This document shows, piece after piece, positions 1 to 9,307 of a stretch of 62,356 nt of DNA; the stretch's first letter is position 1, and each line of letters begins with the position of its first letter. The stretch is from a virus (taxonomy: Duplodnaviria; Caudoviricetes). The stretch is from IMG/VR virus record IMGVR_UViG_3300046000_004988, positions 1-62,356 of that record. The stretch is one strand, 5' to 3'. The position numbers were made by a program, and so were the translations under genes. The notes beneath the pieces were generated by a model. The model did not search any database, was not told where the DNA came from, and saw nothing but the letters and a program-made list of their open reading frames with translations.

Positions 1-127
1 TTCATGGACTGGAGTCGCTGAAATAAAGTGACGTGGTTTGTGCATCTCCCAGTCGTGAGATTGCAGGAGTCCTGGAGTCCTGAATCTGGTGCCGCATTTC
101 AAGCAGCAGTGGATCGGTTTCCGTGGC
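1..127. repeat. Terminal direct repeat, copy 1 (circular assembly overlap)
   Basis: Bases 1-127 are identical to 62230-62356; 127 nt is a common assembler k-mer size. Confidence 0.95.
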
Positions 128-144
128 TTTGGTTTTTGGTTCAT
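1..144 (-). CDS. 55-aa C2H2 zinc-finger protein spanning the contig junction (continues 62229->62206)
   Basis: Manual translation MNQKPKPRKPIHCCLKCGTRFRTPGLLQSHDWEMHKPRHFISATPVHEIMHLEKR fits C-x2-C-x3-F-x5-L-x2-H-x4-H; absent from the ORF track. Confidence 0.65.
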   Translation of the reverse strand, partial: MNQKPKPRKPIHCCLKCGTRFRTPGLLQSHDWEMHKPRHFISATPVHE

Positions 145-150
145 TGATTG

Positions 151-450
151 TTAGGCTTGAATTGGCACCGTCTTTTTGACTGGGGCGTATTTACGCATCT
201 TGCTGCGCTTGTGCATGAACTTTGACTCGCCCATCATTTCCTCGACTTGAGCTTTTCCTTCCTCAATGTCGTTGGCGTTTATCTCATCCTTGATCCGCTT
301 CCTAGCCTGCTTCATCTCGTCGAGTGAAGCCTCACCAGGGATGCCTTTTTCTGCTCGTTGAATATCACGCTCTGTTTCCCAGAGGTCGTGATTTAGAGAA
401 CCCTTCTTGTGAGGATTCGTGTTCTTTGCTGATTTGAATGGTGATGGCAT
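151..450 (-). CDS. Hypothetical protein
   Basis: 99-aa ORF in a tightly packed minus-strand operon, with an A/C-rich leader. Confidence 0.65.
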   Translation of the reverse strand: MPSPFKSAKNTNPHKKGSLNHDLWETERDIQRAEKGIPGEASLDEMKQARKRIKDEINANDIEEGKAQVEEMMGESKFMHKRSKMRKYAPVKKTVPIQA

Positions 451-468
451 GGTGGTGTGGTGGTGGTT

Positions 469-891
469 TTACTTTTGAGCTTTGAGGGCATCTTCTTCTG
501 CTTTGATTCTTGCTCGACGGTTATTTCCTCTGGACTCGTGGCGATCATAGGATCTCTTCAATTGATCTGCTGCTTTTTTGTCTGATGTCTGGGTGTGGTA
601 AAGTCGTCTCCATGAGGCTTGCTCGAAGAAAATGTCACGTTCATCCTGTCGATCCTGATCACCCTTGATCCTTTGTGATGTAGTGAATCCCTTGATGATC
701 TTTCTGCCTCTCCAGTTGTGGGTTGGACGGTCTTCTCCTCCGCTGTATTTTCCAGTCTTGTATGAGTTACTGATTGAGTCGAGTGGTGTCCTGTAGTCGA
801 TGGATGCATCACCAGGTTCCGCCTTAGCTTCAGCGAAGTGCTGTTCATTCTTCACTGCTTCAGCGTCTCTGATTGCTTGGAATGCGCCCAT
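469..891 (-). CDS. Hypothetical charged protein
   Basis: Probable start MGAFQAIRD at 891, immediately after the stop of the upstream gene. Confidence 0.6.
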   Translation of the reverse strand: MGAFQAIRDAEAVKNEQHFAEAKAEPGDASIDYRTPLDSISNSYKTGKYSGGEDRPTHNWRGRKIIKGFTTSQRIKGDQDRQDERDIFFEQASWRRLYHTQTSDKKAADQLKRSYDRHESRGNNRRARIKAEEDALKAQK

Positions 892-895
892 GGTG

Positions 896-1114
896 TTACA
901 GTTTAAAGGTTTTCTTGTAGAGCGTGTCCTGGCCTGCTGCTGCCCTGGATCGCATGGTTCCTTCACGCTTCACTCGTGGCTTGCGTTCGCGGGGTGCGTA
1001 TTCAAGATCGGGCATGCCGCCACCACCTCCGGAGTCCTGTTGCTGGTCCATGGGTGATGCCTGCTGCTTGCGTCCAGCCTGGGCTTGTGTGATGGCGGAG
1101 AATGCGGAGATCAT
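896..1114 (-). CDS. Hypothetical protein
   Basis: ATGA overlap with the upstream ORF 1111-1332. Confidence 0.5.
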   Translation of the reverse strand: MISAFSAITQAQAGRKQQASPMDQQQDSGGGGGMPDLEYAPRERKPRVKREGTMRSRAAAGQDTLYKKTFKL

Positions 1115-1332
1115 GCTTTTGAGTAGAGGTTACAGATTGCGTCCTTAACCATTGCGGCAGCGGCAACAGACTCGTGGATCTGCTGCTTGGACATTGCATT
1201 GCCGCCGATGATTGATGGAGTTTCCCAGAGTGCTGTATCTCCAGGAACCTGGACCCATCCATGGTCTTGCATTTGCTTGCGTACGATTGATCTGATGCGG
1301 AGGACCGCAAGGCGTGTGATGAATGCTTTCAT
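1111..1332 (-). CDS. Hypothetical protein
   Basis: ATGA overlaps at both ends. Confidence 0.55.
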   Translation of the reverse strand: MKAFITRLAVLRIRSIVRKQMQDHGWVQVPGDTALWETPSIIGGNAMSKQQIHESVAAAAMVKDAICNLYSKA

Positions 1333-1634
1333 TTGTTTCTTCTCTCTTCAAGAGGTCCGTATCTCACGGTGCCATCTTCGTTTTCAATTCTGACGATTTT
1401 TCCATCCTGATCTCGTCCAATTCTGTTGACGACTACATCACCTTGAATTTTCTTTTCCTCCTGGATGCTTCCGAGTGCTGACTTTTTACGCCTTTTCAGC
1501 TTTGCTCGTTTCTGGCGATAGGAATGGTTCTCTCTGACGGTCATGCTGGTCATGATCTTTTTACCAGCATTATCGAATGGGTCATAGGATGACGGTGCAT
1601 CCTTGAAGGGGTCTTCGTTTAATGGTTCAGCCAT
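1329..1634 (-). CDS. Hypothetical basic protein
   Basis: 101-aa ORF packed in the operon. Confidence 0.6.
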   Translation of the reverse strand: MAEPLNEDPFKDAPSSYDPFDNAGKKIMTSMTVRENHSYRQKRAKLKRRKKSALGSIQEEKKIQGDVVVNRIGRDQDGKIVRIENEDGTVRYGPLEERRNK

Positions 1635-1645
1635 AATGTTGCTGG

Positions 1646-2086
1646 TTATGCGACCATCCCAACCTCTCTCTTCACACGGTTCTTCGCGACCTGTGCTGCT
1701 TGGTCGAAGTATCCTGAAACATCCCTTGTTGCGGATGCAGTATTGGCGTTGTCCAGCAGTCCAATGCTGGAGAATGCGGACCCGCCCTTCTGGCGATGCA
1801 CTCGGCGATTCATTCCTCGAACTCCACCACCTTGCCGCCTGGCGGACTCGACCCGTGCTGCTGATAGGGCGGTATTGCTCGCGGTCTTCTGGTCCTTGAG
1901 GGCAATGAGTGCTTTGGTCTTTTCAAGGCCGAGTTGATCAGTTTGCTCGTTGGTCTTCAGTGCGACATAGTCATCCCTGGTTTTTTTGGTGACTGCCTGC
2001 CCCTCTGGCGAGTATGCGTCCACATTACGTCCGTCAGGCATTACATATTGAACGCCCGATCCTCCTGTTGATGCCCAAGTATTCAT
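1646..2086 (-). CDS. Hypothetical protein (possibly virion-associated)
   Basis: 146-aa Ala/Gly/Gln-rich ORF downstream of terL. Confidence 0.6.
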   Translation of the reverse strand: MNTWASTGGSGVQYVMPDGRNVDAYSPEGQAVTKKTRDDYVALKTNEQTDQLGLEKTKALIALKDQKTASNTALSAARVESARRQGGGVRGMNRRVHRQKGGSAFSSIGLLDNANTASATRDVSGYFDQAAQVAKNRVKREVGMVA

Positions 2087-2154
2087 AATGGTGTGAAGTG
2101 TGTTGCTAGATTACCCAGAAACACTCTGTCACATAATTCGTGGCGCAACTGTTT

Positions 2155-4398
2155 TTATCTCCCGAACTCCGAAGCCACATTGATCGTTAAGCAAGCAATG
2201 CCTGCCGTCTCGATCTGGGAACCTGAGTGTCCAGGCTCAGGTGCTGGTATTCCGTCAGGTGACACTGTGTATGTCAACGCCTGAGCGAAGATGTCTGAGT
2301 CCAAGAACTCGATCTTCTTATCTCGGACCATCCTAACCAACTCATCCATGGCGGCAATTCTGAGCGGTTCAGTGAGATCGAATCCTGGTTTCTTGAGTGG
2401 TCTGGATCTACCGACTGGTTTCTGAGCGTCTGACACGTCACGTCGGAAGATGTGGCATTCCATCTCGTATAGGCGTGTGATGATTCCATCCCTGGTGCCG
2501 ATGGTTGGGACCACAATGCAGTCACCGTAGAGTTTCGACATCATCGAAGCCCATTCAGCCAGGACGTCTTCGTCGTATCGCTTCTGTGGAATGATGCTCG
2601 CAACAAGAAGCATTGGTTTGTCTTTGCCATCCAGGTCCGTGTATGCTGCACGCCAAGTCTGGACGATGCCGTCATTGATGACCGTGAGATATGATCTGCC
2701 ATGTGCTGGATCTTCCCACTTTTTGAGCCATGGATTCTTTTCGTCCTTCACGAACATGACACGACCTCCATTCTTTGTGATCATGCCGATTGATGGTCGC
2801 TTGTTGACGGATTCGTGGGACATCTCCTTCAAGCGGTCTGGGTCTAACAATAGGTTTGTCATGGCTTCGTTTCCTTCCTCTCCGAGGTAATTGTAAATGA
2901 GTGCTGTTGCTAACTGCATGAGTGAATCAGCGATGTGTGATGTCCAGTCATGCTCGATCTCGTTGGTGAATTTCGAGTCGTCAAAGGGGTCTTGTCTGCG
3001 GCGATACATCGCCAGGGCATCGAGTGCTGGAGCGCATCGACCTGCGTCAAAGTCCATGAGAGTGAAGATCTGCTTCGTCTTGTCGATGGATAACCACTTT
3101 TGCGTGATCCTTGGGACCACAATGACTGAACCGTTGAGCCCAAGTTTGATCAGATCTTCCTGTGCCGTTGTTTTGTTTCTGAGATCTGTTTTGTTGCGCC
3201 CATCATGAGGCAGGTAGTGGTATCCAAACTTGTACGGCTTGCCATTCATGTGCCTGACACGCTCTGGGAACGTCAGGTCGATGCCGCTGATTTCATCCTT
3301 CTTGTTCTTCACGACGTCGATGTCGATGAATCTATATCTTCCGCCAATGATCTGGAAATACCAAACGATGGTGTTCTCTGCTGCGCCTATGTCCCAGAGT
3401 GTGTGGACTGGTCTTGTTGGATCATGGGTGAATGATGAAACGCGACCTTCAGTCCTGGCTTTGTCGACCTCTCTGGCGAAGATTGCTCCTTCAACGGGAG
3501 ACAGGAAGATCTCGTCGAGTTCGGACGGGTAGATGGAGTAGATCTTCTCACCAAATTTCGCCTTCTCTCTCTGATACCAGAGTCGTTGTCCTGGCGTGTA
3601 TGTCTTGCCGTTCTTTGCGGACAGTTTGCTGAAGTAGTCGTGGATCTCTGGGAGGATTTGCGCTGGATCTCCGTTGTGTGTGTAGCTGGGTTCGGAGTCC
3701 CACGAGAAGAAGATCACAAAGAAGTCCTTGTTGATGTCCTTCATGTCGTCAGGTGTCTCCAGGGCATCCTTGATGATCCTGTATAGCTGACCCTGCTTTC
3801 CTCCATGCCACGTTGTCTCGATGATGATGATGGCATTTTCGGCGGATGGAAGACCACCCTCGATTGTTTCTCTGGCACGCTCTGGCGCTCTGATCTGCGT
3901 CTCTCCGAGTTCTGAGAGGTGAATCATCTGGTTGGTTCCGCCACGGATTGCATCTCCTGCATACACGGCAGATTCATGCTCTTTGTCGGCACCCTTGCGC
4001 TTTACCCTGAACTCTCCGGTCTGCCTGTTGTTGACAACAATCTCCCACCCATCCTTCCACTCTTTCGGCAACCTCTGGAATGCGTAGATGATTTTTTCCT
4101 CAAGTTTCTTTTTGGCGTTTCCGCTAACAAAGTCTGAGATTGAAATCTGAACGCCAGATCCAAAGAGGATCGAATCGAGAATCATGATTGAGACGAGCGT
4201 GCTCATGCCCAACTGCCTGGCCTTTGGAATGAAGATCTTCTTTCTCTTCAGGATATAAACCTGCCTGAGCACCTCCTCCTGTTCAGGGGTCGGTGTGAAC
4301 TTTAACGGTTTACCTTCCCTGTCTCTGATCGTGTAGATGTTCCTGATTCTCCAGAGTGGAGAACTCATCTGAGACAGGTCTATCTCGTCTGTTGTCAT
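2155..4398 (-). CDS. terL: Terminase large subunit with C-terminal extension
   Basis: Walker A KARQLGMST, Walker B-like IHLSE, coupling motif ETT, RNase H-like LWDIG ... HDWTSHIADS. Confidence 0.93.
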   Translation of the reverse strand: MTTDEIDLSQMSSPLWRIRNIYTIRDREGKPLKFTPTPEQEEVLRQVYILKRKKIFIPKARQLGMSTLVSIMILDSILFGSGVQISISDFVSGNAKKKLEEKIIYAFQRLPKEWKDGWEIVVNNRQTGEFRVKRKGADKEHESAVYAGDAIRGGTNQMIHLSELGETQIRAPERARETIEGGLPSAENAIIIIETTWHGGKQGQLYRIIKDALETPDDMKDINKDFFVIFFSWDSEPSYTHNGDPAQILPEIHDYFSKLSAKNGKTYTPGQRLWYQREKAKFGEKIYSIYPSELDEIFLSPVEGAIFAREVDKARTEGRVSSFTHDPTRPVHTLWDIGAAENTIVWYFQIIGGRYRFIDIDVVKNKKDEISGIDLTFPERVRHMNGKPYKFGYHYLPHDGRNKTDLRNKTTAQEDLIKLGLNGSVIVVPRITQKWLSIDKTKQIFTLMDFDAGRCAPALDALAMYRRRQDPFDDSKFTNEIEHDWTSHIADSLMQLATALIYNYLGEEGNEAMTNLLLDPDRLKEMSHESVNKRPSIGMITKNGGRVMFVKDEKNPWLKKWEDPAHGRSYLTVINDGIVQTWRAAYTDLDGKDKPMLLVASIIPQKRYDEDVLAEWASMMSKLYGDCIVVPTIGTRDGIITRLYEMECHIFRRDVSDAQKPVGRSRPLKKPGFDLTEPLRIAAMDELVRMVRDKKIEFLDSDIFAQALTYTVSPDGIPAPEPGHSGSQIETAGIACLTINVASEFGR

Positions 4399-4637
4399 GC
4401 CTCTCCTTTTTCGGGTCCGAGTTCCGACCCGATGATTTCATCATAAACAACATTGAACCGCTTTTTCAAATTCCTGGTCGATGCGGACTCGTGCATGCTG
4501 CTCGATGACGTTATTTTCCGTGCCGTTCTCAGGAGCAATTCCATGTTTTTCATGCGCCACTTGATGTGCATGATTCGTAGCGAGTAAACTCCACACGCTA
4601 TTAGTATAACCACCAGTGATTCAATTTGATTTTCCAT
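4395..4637 (-). CDS. Small membrane-anchored hypothetical protein
   Basis: N-terminal hydrophobic stretch; ATGA overlap with terL. Confidence 0.6.
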   Translation of the reverse strand: MENQIESLVVILIACGVYSLRIMHIKWRMKNMELLLRTARKITSSSSMHESASTRNLKKRFNVVYDEIIGSELGPEKGEA

Positions 4638-4639
4638 CT

Positions 4640-5224
4640 TTATTTTGTGGGTGTGACGTCTCGCTCTGTTATTTCCTGAGGTATGCCTTGAATGATTATC
4701 TTCTGAAGAAGCACCTCGATTGAGGTTGAAGCACTAGACTGAGACTCCTTGTCGAACCCTTGGATCTGTGATGAGATCTTCATGGCTTCAAGTGGACTCA
4801 TCTTCTTTGTAGTCTTCTTAACTGTGCCGAATGGTGTTGTCTCTGTTTTGTATTCAATGCACAGTGGGTCATACTCGTCGATCTCGATGATCGGTGTCCT
4901 CACTGCTCTAGCGCAGACTCCCAGGATCTCCTCTCGGCTCAATGCCGCAGATTCGATCCTCTCTTTTGAGAACTTTATTCGCAAGTCGTTCGTTGCCTTT
5001 ATTACCCACGGTTGATTCGCCTTCTTGAAGGCATGTGCCTCTGCTGTGGATCTCTCAACGTCATACGCCTTTATGTATGCATTGACCTGCGAGTCATTCA
5101 TCGCCAGATGGAAACAAAATGTGAAGTCTGCCATGGTGGCAAGTGCCAATGGGTCTTCTACTTTGTTGAGAACTACGTTCTGACGCTTTTTAGGTGTCGC
5201 TCGTTTCGGTTTCTTTGGTGACAT
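4640..5224 (-). CDS. terS: Terminase small subunit
   Basis: F...SQVNAYIKAY HTH-like motif and LSREEIL segment typical of TerS; located upstream of terL. Confidence 0.7.
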   Translation of the reverse strand: MSPKKPKRATPKKRQNVVLNKVEDPLALATMADFTFCFHLAMNDSQVNAYIKAYDVERSTAEAHAFKKANQPWVIKATNDLRIKFSKERIESAALSREEILGVCARAVRTPIIEIDEYDPLCIEYKTETTPFGTVKKTTKKMSPLEAMKISSQIQGFDKESQSSASTSIEVLLQKIIIQGIPQEITERDVTPTK

Positions 5225-5405
5225 ATTTCAGCTTCCTTCCTGGCCCATTGGTGACCTTCCTTGATGCGCCACACCGTAGCCTCGATGTCAGTCTTGCAGA
5301 CAGACCGCATGCATAACAGAGAGATGCCCCGACCTCTGATTGGTTGGGGCATCTCGTGCAAAGTCCTTTTGCTTTGCGATCAAGTCTTCGTTCGGTCTGG
5401 TTCAT
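5190..5405 (-). CDS. Small Cys-rich zinc-binding protein
   Basis: KAKGLCTRC...LCYAC (two CxxC). Confidence 0.55.
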   Translation of the reverse strand: MNQTERRLDRKAKGLCTRCPNQSEVGASLCYACGLSARLTSRLRCGASRKVTNGPGRKLKYVTKETETSDT

Positions 5406-5698
5406 GCAGATCCATTTGCTCGCGCCCAACGCATCAGGTTGCGGCGTTTGCGTTGATTGGTGGTGCGGCAGAGAGACCGGATGGTGATGTCATCGTTGCG
5501 ACGACCAATGCCAGTGAGGGCACGCTTCAGGGCTTCGCTTTGATGATCAAGGAGACCCTTGATTTTGTCCGTCGATGCACTTGGCTGATGGATTCGGCCA
5601 AGGAAGATTGCGGACAGTTTGCTGAGGATGTTTCGGAGTAGGTTCATGAGTTTGGTGATGTGTGGGCTTGACGATATTGGACGGATGGTTTTTGTCAA
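5402..5698 (-). CDS. Hypothetical basic protein
   Basis: Overlapping start/stop junctions with both neighbours. Confidence 0.45.
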   Translation of the reverse strand: MTKTIRPISSSPHITKLMNLLRNILSKLSAIFLGRIHQPSASTDKIKGLLDHQSEALKRALTGIGRRNDDITIRSLCRTTNQRKRRNLMRWARANGSA

Positions 5699-6027
5699 AC
5701 TTCTTTTCTGAGTGCCTCAATGGCTTGCTTGATTTGTTGGCGTTGAGCAACTGCTGCTTTGGATCTTCCTTTGATGGTCGACTTTTCGCTCCTCATTTTC
5801 GCCACCATCTCTTTGATTGATTTTCTCTTCCCATCAACCGCAACCCTGAGTTGCTCAACCTCATGGATTCGACTCACTCTTTCCAAGAATTTTCTCCTGG
5901 AGGACTCGTCTTGAAGATCTGCCGCGCATCCGGAAACCTTTGGCAGTTTTGGTTTACGCTTCGGGATGTGACCGAATAAGTCAAACGCGACTATGCTTGA
6001 TTCTGTTTGGATACTTTGCGTGCTCAT
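5695..6027 (-). CDS. Hypothetical coiled-coil protein
   Basis: 110-aa ORF packed in the operon. Confidence 0.55.
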   Translation of the reverse strand: MSTQSIQTESSIVAFDLFGHIPKRKPKLPKVSGCAADLQDESSRRKFLERVSRIHEVEQLRVAVDGKRKSIKEMVAKMRSEKSTIKGRSKAAVAQRQQIKQAIEALRKEV

Positions 6028-7609
6028 TTATTATTTGGGTTGCGTTGTTTCTTGTTAGACCTTGGGTTTCGATTCCAAGATCCTTGAGTCTTCCAAGTTG
6101 CAGGATTGATGGCAGTCCATTCCTGTATGCTCTGCTGATGAGATTGATGACCTGTTGTGCGTGACCCCTGGTTGTCACTGTTGTTGGATCAACGCCTCTG
6201 GCTACCAGGAATTCTTTTTGCTCAGGCATGACCTCAAGAGATGCCCATGACCCATGCGATTCTGGATCGTAATCAACCAGAGCGTGATCTGCATACATGG
6301 CGGCGATGTATTTGACGTCATACACTTTCTTGCGCCCATACTTTCTGGCTTTTTGCAGGTCTCTGATGAGTGCTTGCTCGCGTTCGGTGGCTGCAATAAT
6401 GGCGATGTCATTCAGGTCTAGCACACCTTGCTTCTGGAGTAGGGCACGCTTGACTGCCTTGACCTGATCCGGCGAGTCTGAGCATAGGTCCGCTGGGGTC
6501 ATGACGCTCAGTTCTGGGAACGAGCCAAACACATCGAGCAGAAGTAGGTCTTTCTTTTTGTCGGCACACTGGCAGGCGTTGTAATCACGGCATCCCTTGC
6601 CGCAGAATAGACGAGTGCCTCTGCCGACTGATTGCTGATACTGGACCTTTGATTTGATTGCTCGAAGAATGACAACACAGGAGATCTCTGGGTCATCGTA
6701 TCCAGTGGTCAATAGGACTGCGTTGTTGAGGTTTTGGAACTTGTTCCTGGCAAACTCCTCAATGACCTCTGTCCGGTCCTTACTGACGCCACTGACGTGC
6801 CGTGATGAGTATCCACGCTCAATCAGGCGTTCGCTGAATTTCTTGGATGCCTCAATGGTCGTGTGGAACCATAGGGTCTTCCTGTCTTTTGCAGTCGCTG
6901 CCCATTCGTCAATGATCTTGTCCCAGAGTGGTTGCATGGCGATTGAGAGTTCAACCTGCTCCTCGCAGTCCGTCTCGATCTTCTCCAAGTCGATGTCGAT
7001 CTCTACCTGATGCACGCTGATAGGAGTCACGAGTCCAGCCTTAATGCCGTCGAACAGGTTCATCTCGTATGCTATGCCATTCCAGAACTTCATCAGGTCA
7101 CGCCTGTCGCCTCGTGCTGGCGTTGCTGTGACTCCAACCATATTGGCTGAATCAAACCTCTTCAGCACCCTCTGCCAGCCTGCCGCGAGTGAAACGTGAG
7201 CTTCATCAGCAATCACAATTTTGAAGTGGTCTGCTGGGAACCTGGATAGCCTGTCTGGATCTTGCAGTGACTGGACCGATGCAATGACCACCTCAGCCTC
7301 AAGGGATGCTCTGTCTGACGCCTTTTCGATGTCTGCAACGATGCCTGTTGCTGCGTATAACTTCTTCTGTGTCTGCGTGACCAGTTCGTCTCGGTCAACG
7401 ATGAAGAGGCACTTGTATCCGGCGCTCTGTGCTCTCCACATCAGGCGGCAACACACGATTGTTTTTCCGAATGCGGTGCATGCGACAATCATCACCTTCT
7501 TCATCACTCCTGATCCAGACTCCAGCTTGCCTGTCCATGCCTTGATGGTGTTGGCTACGGCAGTCGTTTGGTGCGGCGATAGTTTGAAATCTGGACTCCA
7601 GTCTGGCAT
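5981..7609 (-). CDS. SF2 DEAH-box helicase (ResIII/RadD/Irc3-like)
   Basis: Motif I TAFGKT, motif II DEAH, motif III TAT, LLTTGYDDP, motif VI QSVGRGTR; likely start MPDWSP. Confidence 0.92.
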   Translation of the reverse strand: MPDWSPDFKLSPHQTTAVANTIKAWTGKLESGSGVMKKVMIVACTAFGKTIVCCRLMWRAQSAGYKCLFIVDRDELVTQTQKKLYAATGIVADIEKASDRASLEAEVVIASVQSLQDPDRLSRFPADHFKIVIADEAHVSLAAGWQRVLKRFDSANMVGVTATPARGDRRDLMKFWNGIAYEMNLFDGIKAGLVTPISVHQVEIDIDLEKIETDCEEQVELSIAMQPLWDKIIDEWAATAKDRKTLWFHTTIEASKKFSERLIERGYSSRHVSGVSKDRTEVIEEFARNKFQNLNNAVLLTTGYDDPEISCVVILRAIKSKVQYQQSVGRGTRLFCGKGCRDYNACQCADKKKDLLLLDVFGSFPELSVMTPADLCSDSPDQVKAVKRALLQKQGVLDLNDIAIIAATEREQALIRDLQKARKYGRKKVYDVKYIAAMYADHALVDYDPESHGSWASLEVMPEQKEFLVARGVDPTTVTTRGHAQQVINLISRAYRNGLPSILQLGRLKDLGIETQGLTRNNATQIINEHAKYPNRIKHSRV

Positions 7610-7635
7610 GTTTTTGGTATTTGGTTTGAGGAAAT

Positions 7636-7703
7636 TGGATGGGCAGTTGTCTCCGAAACAACGTCTCAGGCTAACGCCTGTGTTTTGCACTAAACTATGC
7701 CCA
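7636..7703 (-). ncRNA. tRNA-like RNA lacking a canonical anticodon loop
   Basis: TGGGCA-TA-GTTT(AGTGCA)AAAC-A-CAGGC(GTTA)GCCTG-AGAC-GTTGT(TTCGGAG)ACAAC-TGCCCA-T-CCA; all four stems pair. Confidence 0.6.
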
Positions 7704-7783
7704 ATTGAGCCTCCACTTACAGGGCAGGTTGCTCATTCTCCTGAGTGCCCGTCGTTGCAGTGACGGAGCCGAGGCTGAATTCT

Positions 7784-8803
7784 TCACTTCTTGAGCTTGG
7801 AGACGGTCTCCTTGCCTGGGGTGATTGTGATCGACCAGGAGGACTCGCCTTTGCCAATCTTGAACTCATAGGTCGCCTTCTTGGCACCGACACCATTGAC
7901 GATAGCGAAGTTGATTGCGTCAGTGATTGTGCTGTCGGCGGACGGTTCGGACGAAGAGATCCGGATGGCATCTTTGATGGACATCTTCTGGATGATGAGA
8001 GGCGCGAGTTTGATCTTCTCGGCTTTGGGAAGCTCGGTGAACATCAGCAACTCTTTGTGCTTCTCCGGACCAGCCAGAATGGAACCACGCTTGATCGCAG
8101 TGAGGATTCCAGAGTCCTCACCAAGATCCTTGGCGATAGACACCAAGGCTTCAGCGCGTTCGGCTTTGCGCTTCGATGCATCCTTTCCTGCTTTGTCGGC
8201 ATCACGGATGCGACGAGCCTCTTCGTATGCCGCATTGAGCGAGATCTCCTTACTCTCGACTTTGGCGGCGAGTTCAGGGTACTGGGCGATGAGTTGGCTT
8301 TTCTTGACGTTGTCGACAGAGGTTCCAGTGACCTTTGCCGCCTCTTCCCGTGCTGCATGAGAGGCACGCTTCTGTGGGGTCTCTGGGATGGTGGTGCCAT
8401 TGCCATTGCCTTTGTCTGGCTTCGCCTCTTCAGAGACGTTCGCCTTCAGCTTAGCGACGATTTCCTTGGTGATGCTGGCGGCGAGCAAACCGAGGTGACC
8501 CTCAGTTAGATTGCGGCGGGCGAGGTTTTCGCGCAGCACGAATGCGAGGAGGTCATCGCCATCAGATGGGTCAGAACCGAATTCGCGGAAAGGAATGCTC
8601 TCCTTGTTGATTCCAGCCTCGTTGCCAAGGATGAGACGATTGCGTCCATCAGCAACCTTGCCCCTGTAGAGGACGACGGGTTTTTTGATGCCATCACGCT
8701 GGATGCTATCAAGCGTGACCTTGCGTGCGTTGCCTTCCATGAGTGGAAGTTTGTCTGCGAACTCGTGCGCGACGAATCCGAATGGTAGTTTGGTGGTGCT
8801 CAT
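7784..8803 (-). CDS. ParB/Srx-like N-terminal domain protein with HTH
   Basis: SIQRDGIKKPVVLYRGKVADGRNR and ENLARRNLT motifs; AREEAAKVTGTSVDNVKK is HTH-like. Confidence 0.8.
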   Translation of the reverse strand: MSTTKLPFGFVAHEFADKLPLMEGNARKVTLDSIQRDGIKKPVVLYRGKVADGRNRLILGNEAGINKESIPFREFGSDPSDGDDLLAFVLRENLARRNLTEGHLGLLAASITKEIVAKLKANVSEEAKPDKGNGNGTTIPETPQKRASHAAREEAAKVTGTSVDNVKKSQLIAQYPELAAKVESKEISLNAAYEEARRIRDADKAGKDASKRKAERAEALVSIAKDLGEDSGILTAIKRGSILAGPEKHKELLMFTELPKAEKIKLAPLIIQKMSIKDAIRISSSEPSADSTITDAINFAIVNGVGAKKATYEFKIGKGESSWSITITPGKETVSKLKK

Positions 8804-8876
8804 TGTCAGTTTGGGTTTTTGGGTTTGGTCAGCTTTTGCTGAAGTGTTTTTATCAAAGACCAGAGACGTGGTCCGG

Positions 8877-9299
8877 TCAATTCTTTTTTGAGGAAACTAC
8901 TCTCCATCCATCTTTCGAGTCCTGGGCAAACCTGAATTCGATTTCTGGGAAATCGTGAATCGCACGCTTGAACGCAGTCACAGATCTTCCTTGAGATCCA
9001 AGTTTGAAACTGCCTTTGCACTCGACTGCCAGGACAACCTCAGAACCCTTCCAGACGATCCAGTCAGGTGTGTATTTTGTGCCATCCTTCAATCGCAGCG
9101 TGATCTCTTCATAACCAATTCTGTATCCAGATGATTCCTTGAATTCACACTGCAACACATGCCCATATCTCTCTTCGGTTTTATTCGCCGCTGATGGTTT
9201 CGGGAGACGGATTGGTGGTGGTGATGCGGGTCTGACATCAGACCCAGGTCTAATGCTTCCGTAACGCTTCTGGTATTCCTCTGATGACATCCTTTCCAT
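8877..9299 (-). CDS. PD-(D/E)xK nuclease (DUF1064-like)
   Basis: KYTPDWIV...AVECKG motif. Confidence 0.75.
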   Translation of the reverse strand: MERMSSEEYQKRYGSIRPGSDVRPASPPPIRLPKPSAANKTEERYGHVLQCEFKESSGYRIGYEEITLRLKDGTKYTPDWIVWKGSEVVLAVECKGSFKLGSQGRSVTAFKRAIHDFPEIEFRFAQDSKDGWRVVSSKKN

Positions 9300-9307
9300 A
9301 TCTTGAA

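Noticed and set aside
1-127. 127-bp terminal repeat as a biological DTR
   Set aside because: The length equals a common assembler k-mer and it falls mid-ORF; most likely a circular-assembly overlap
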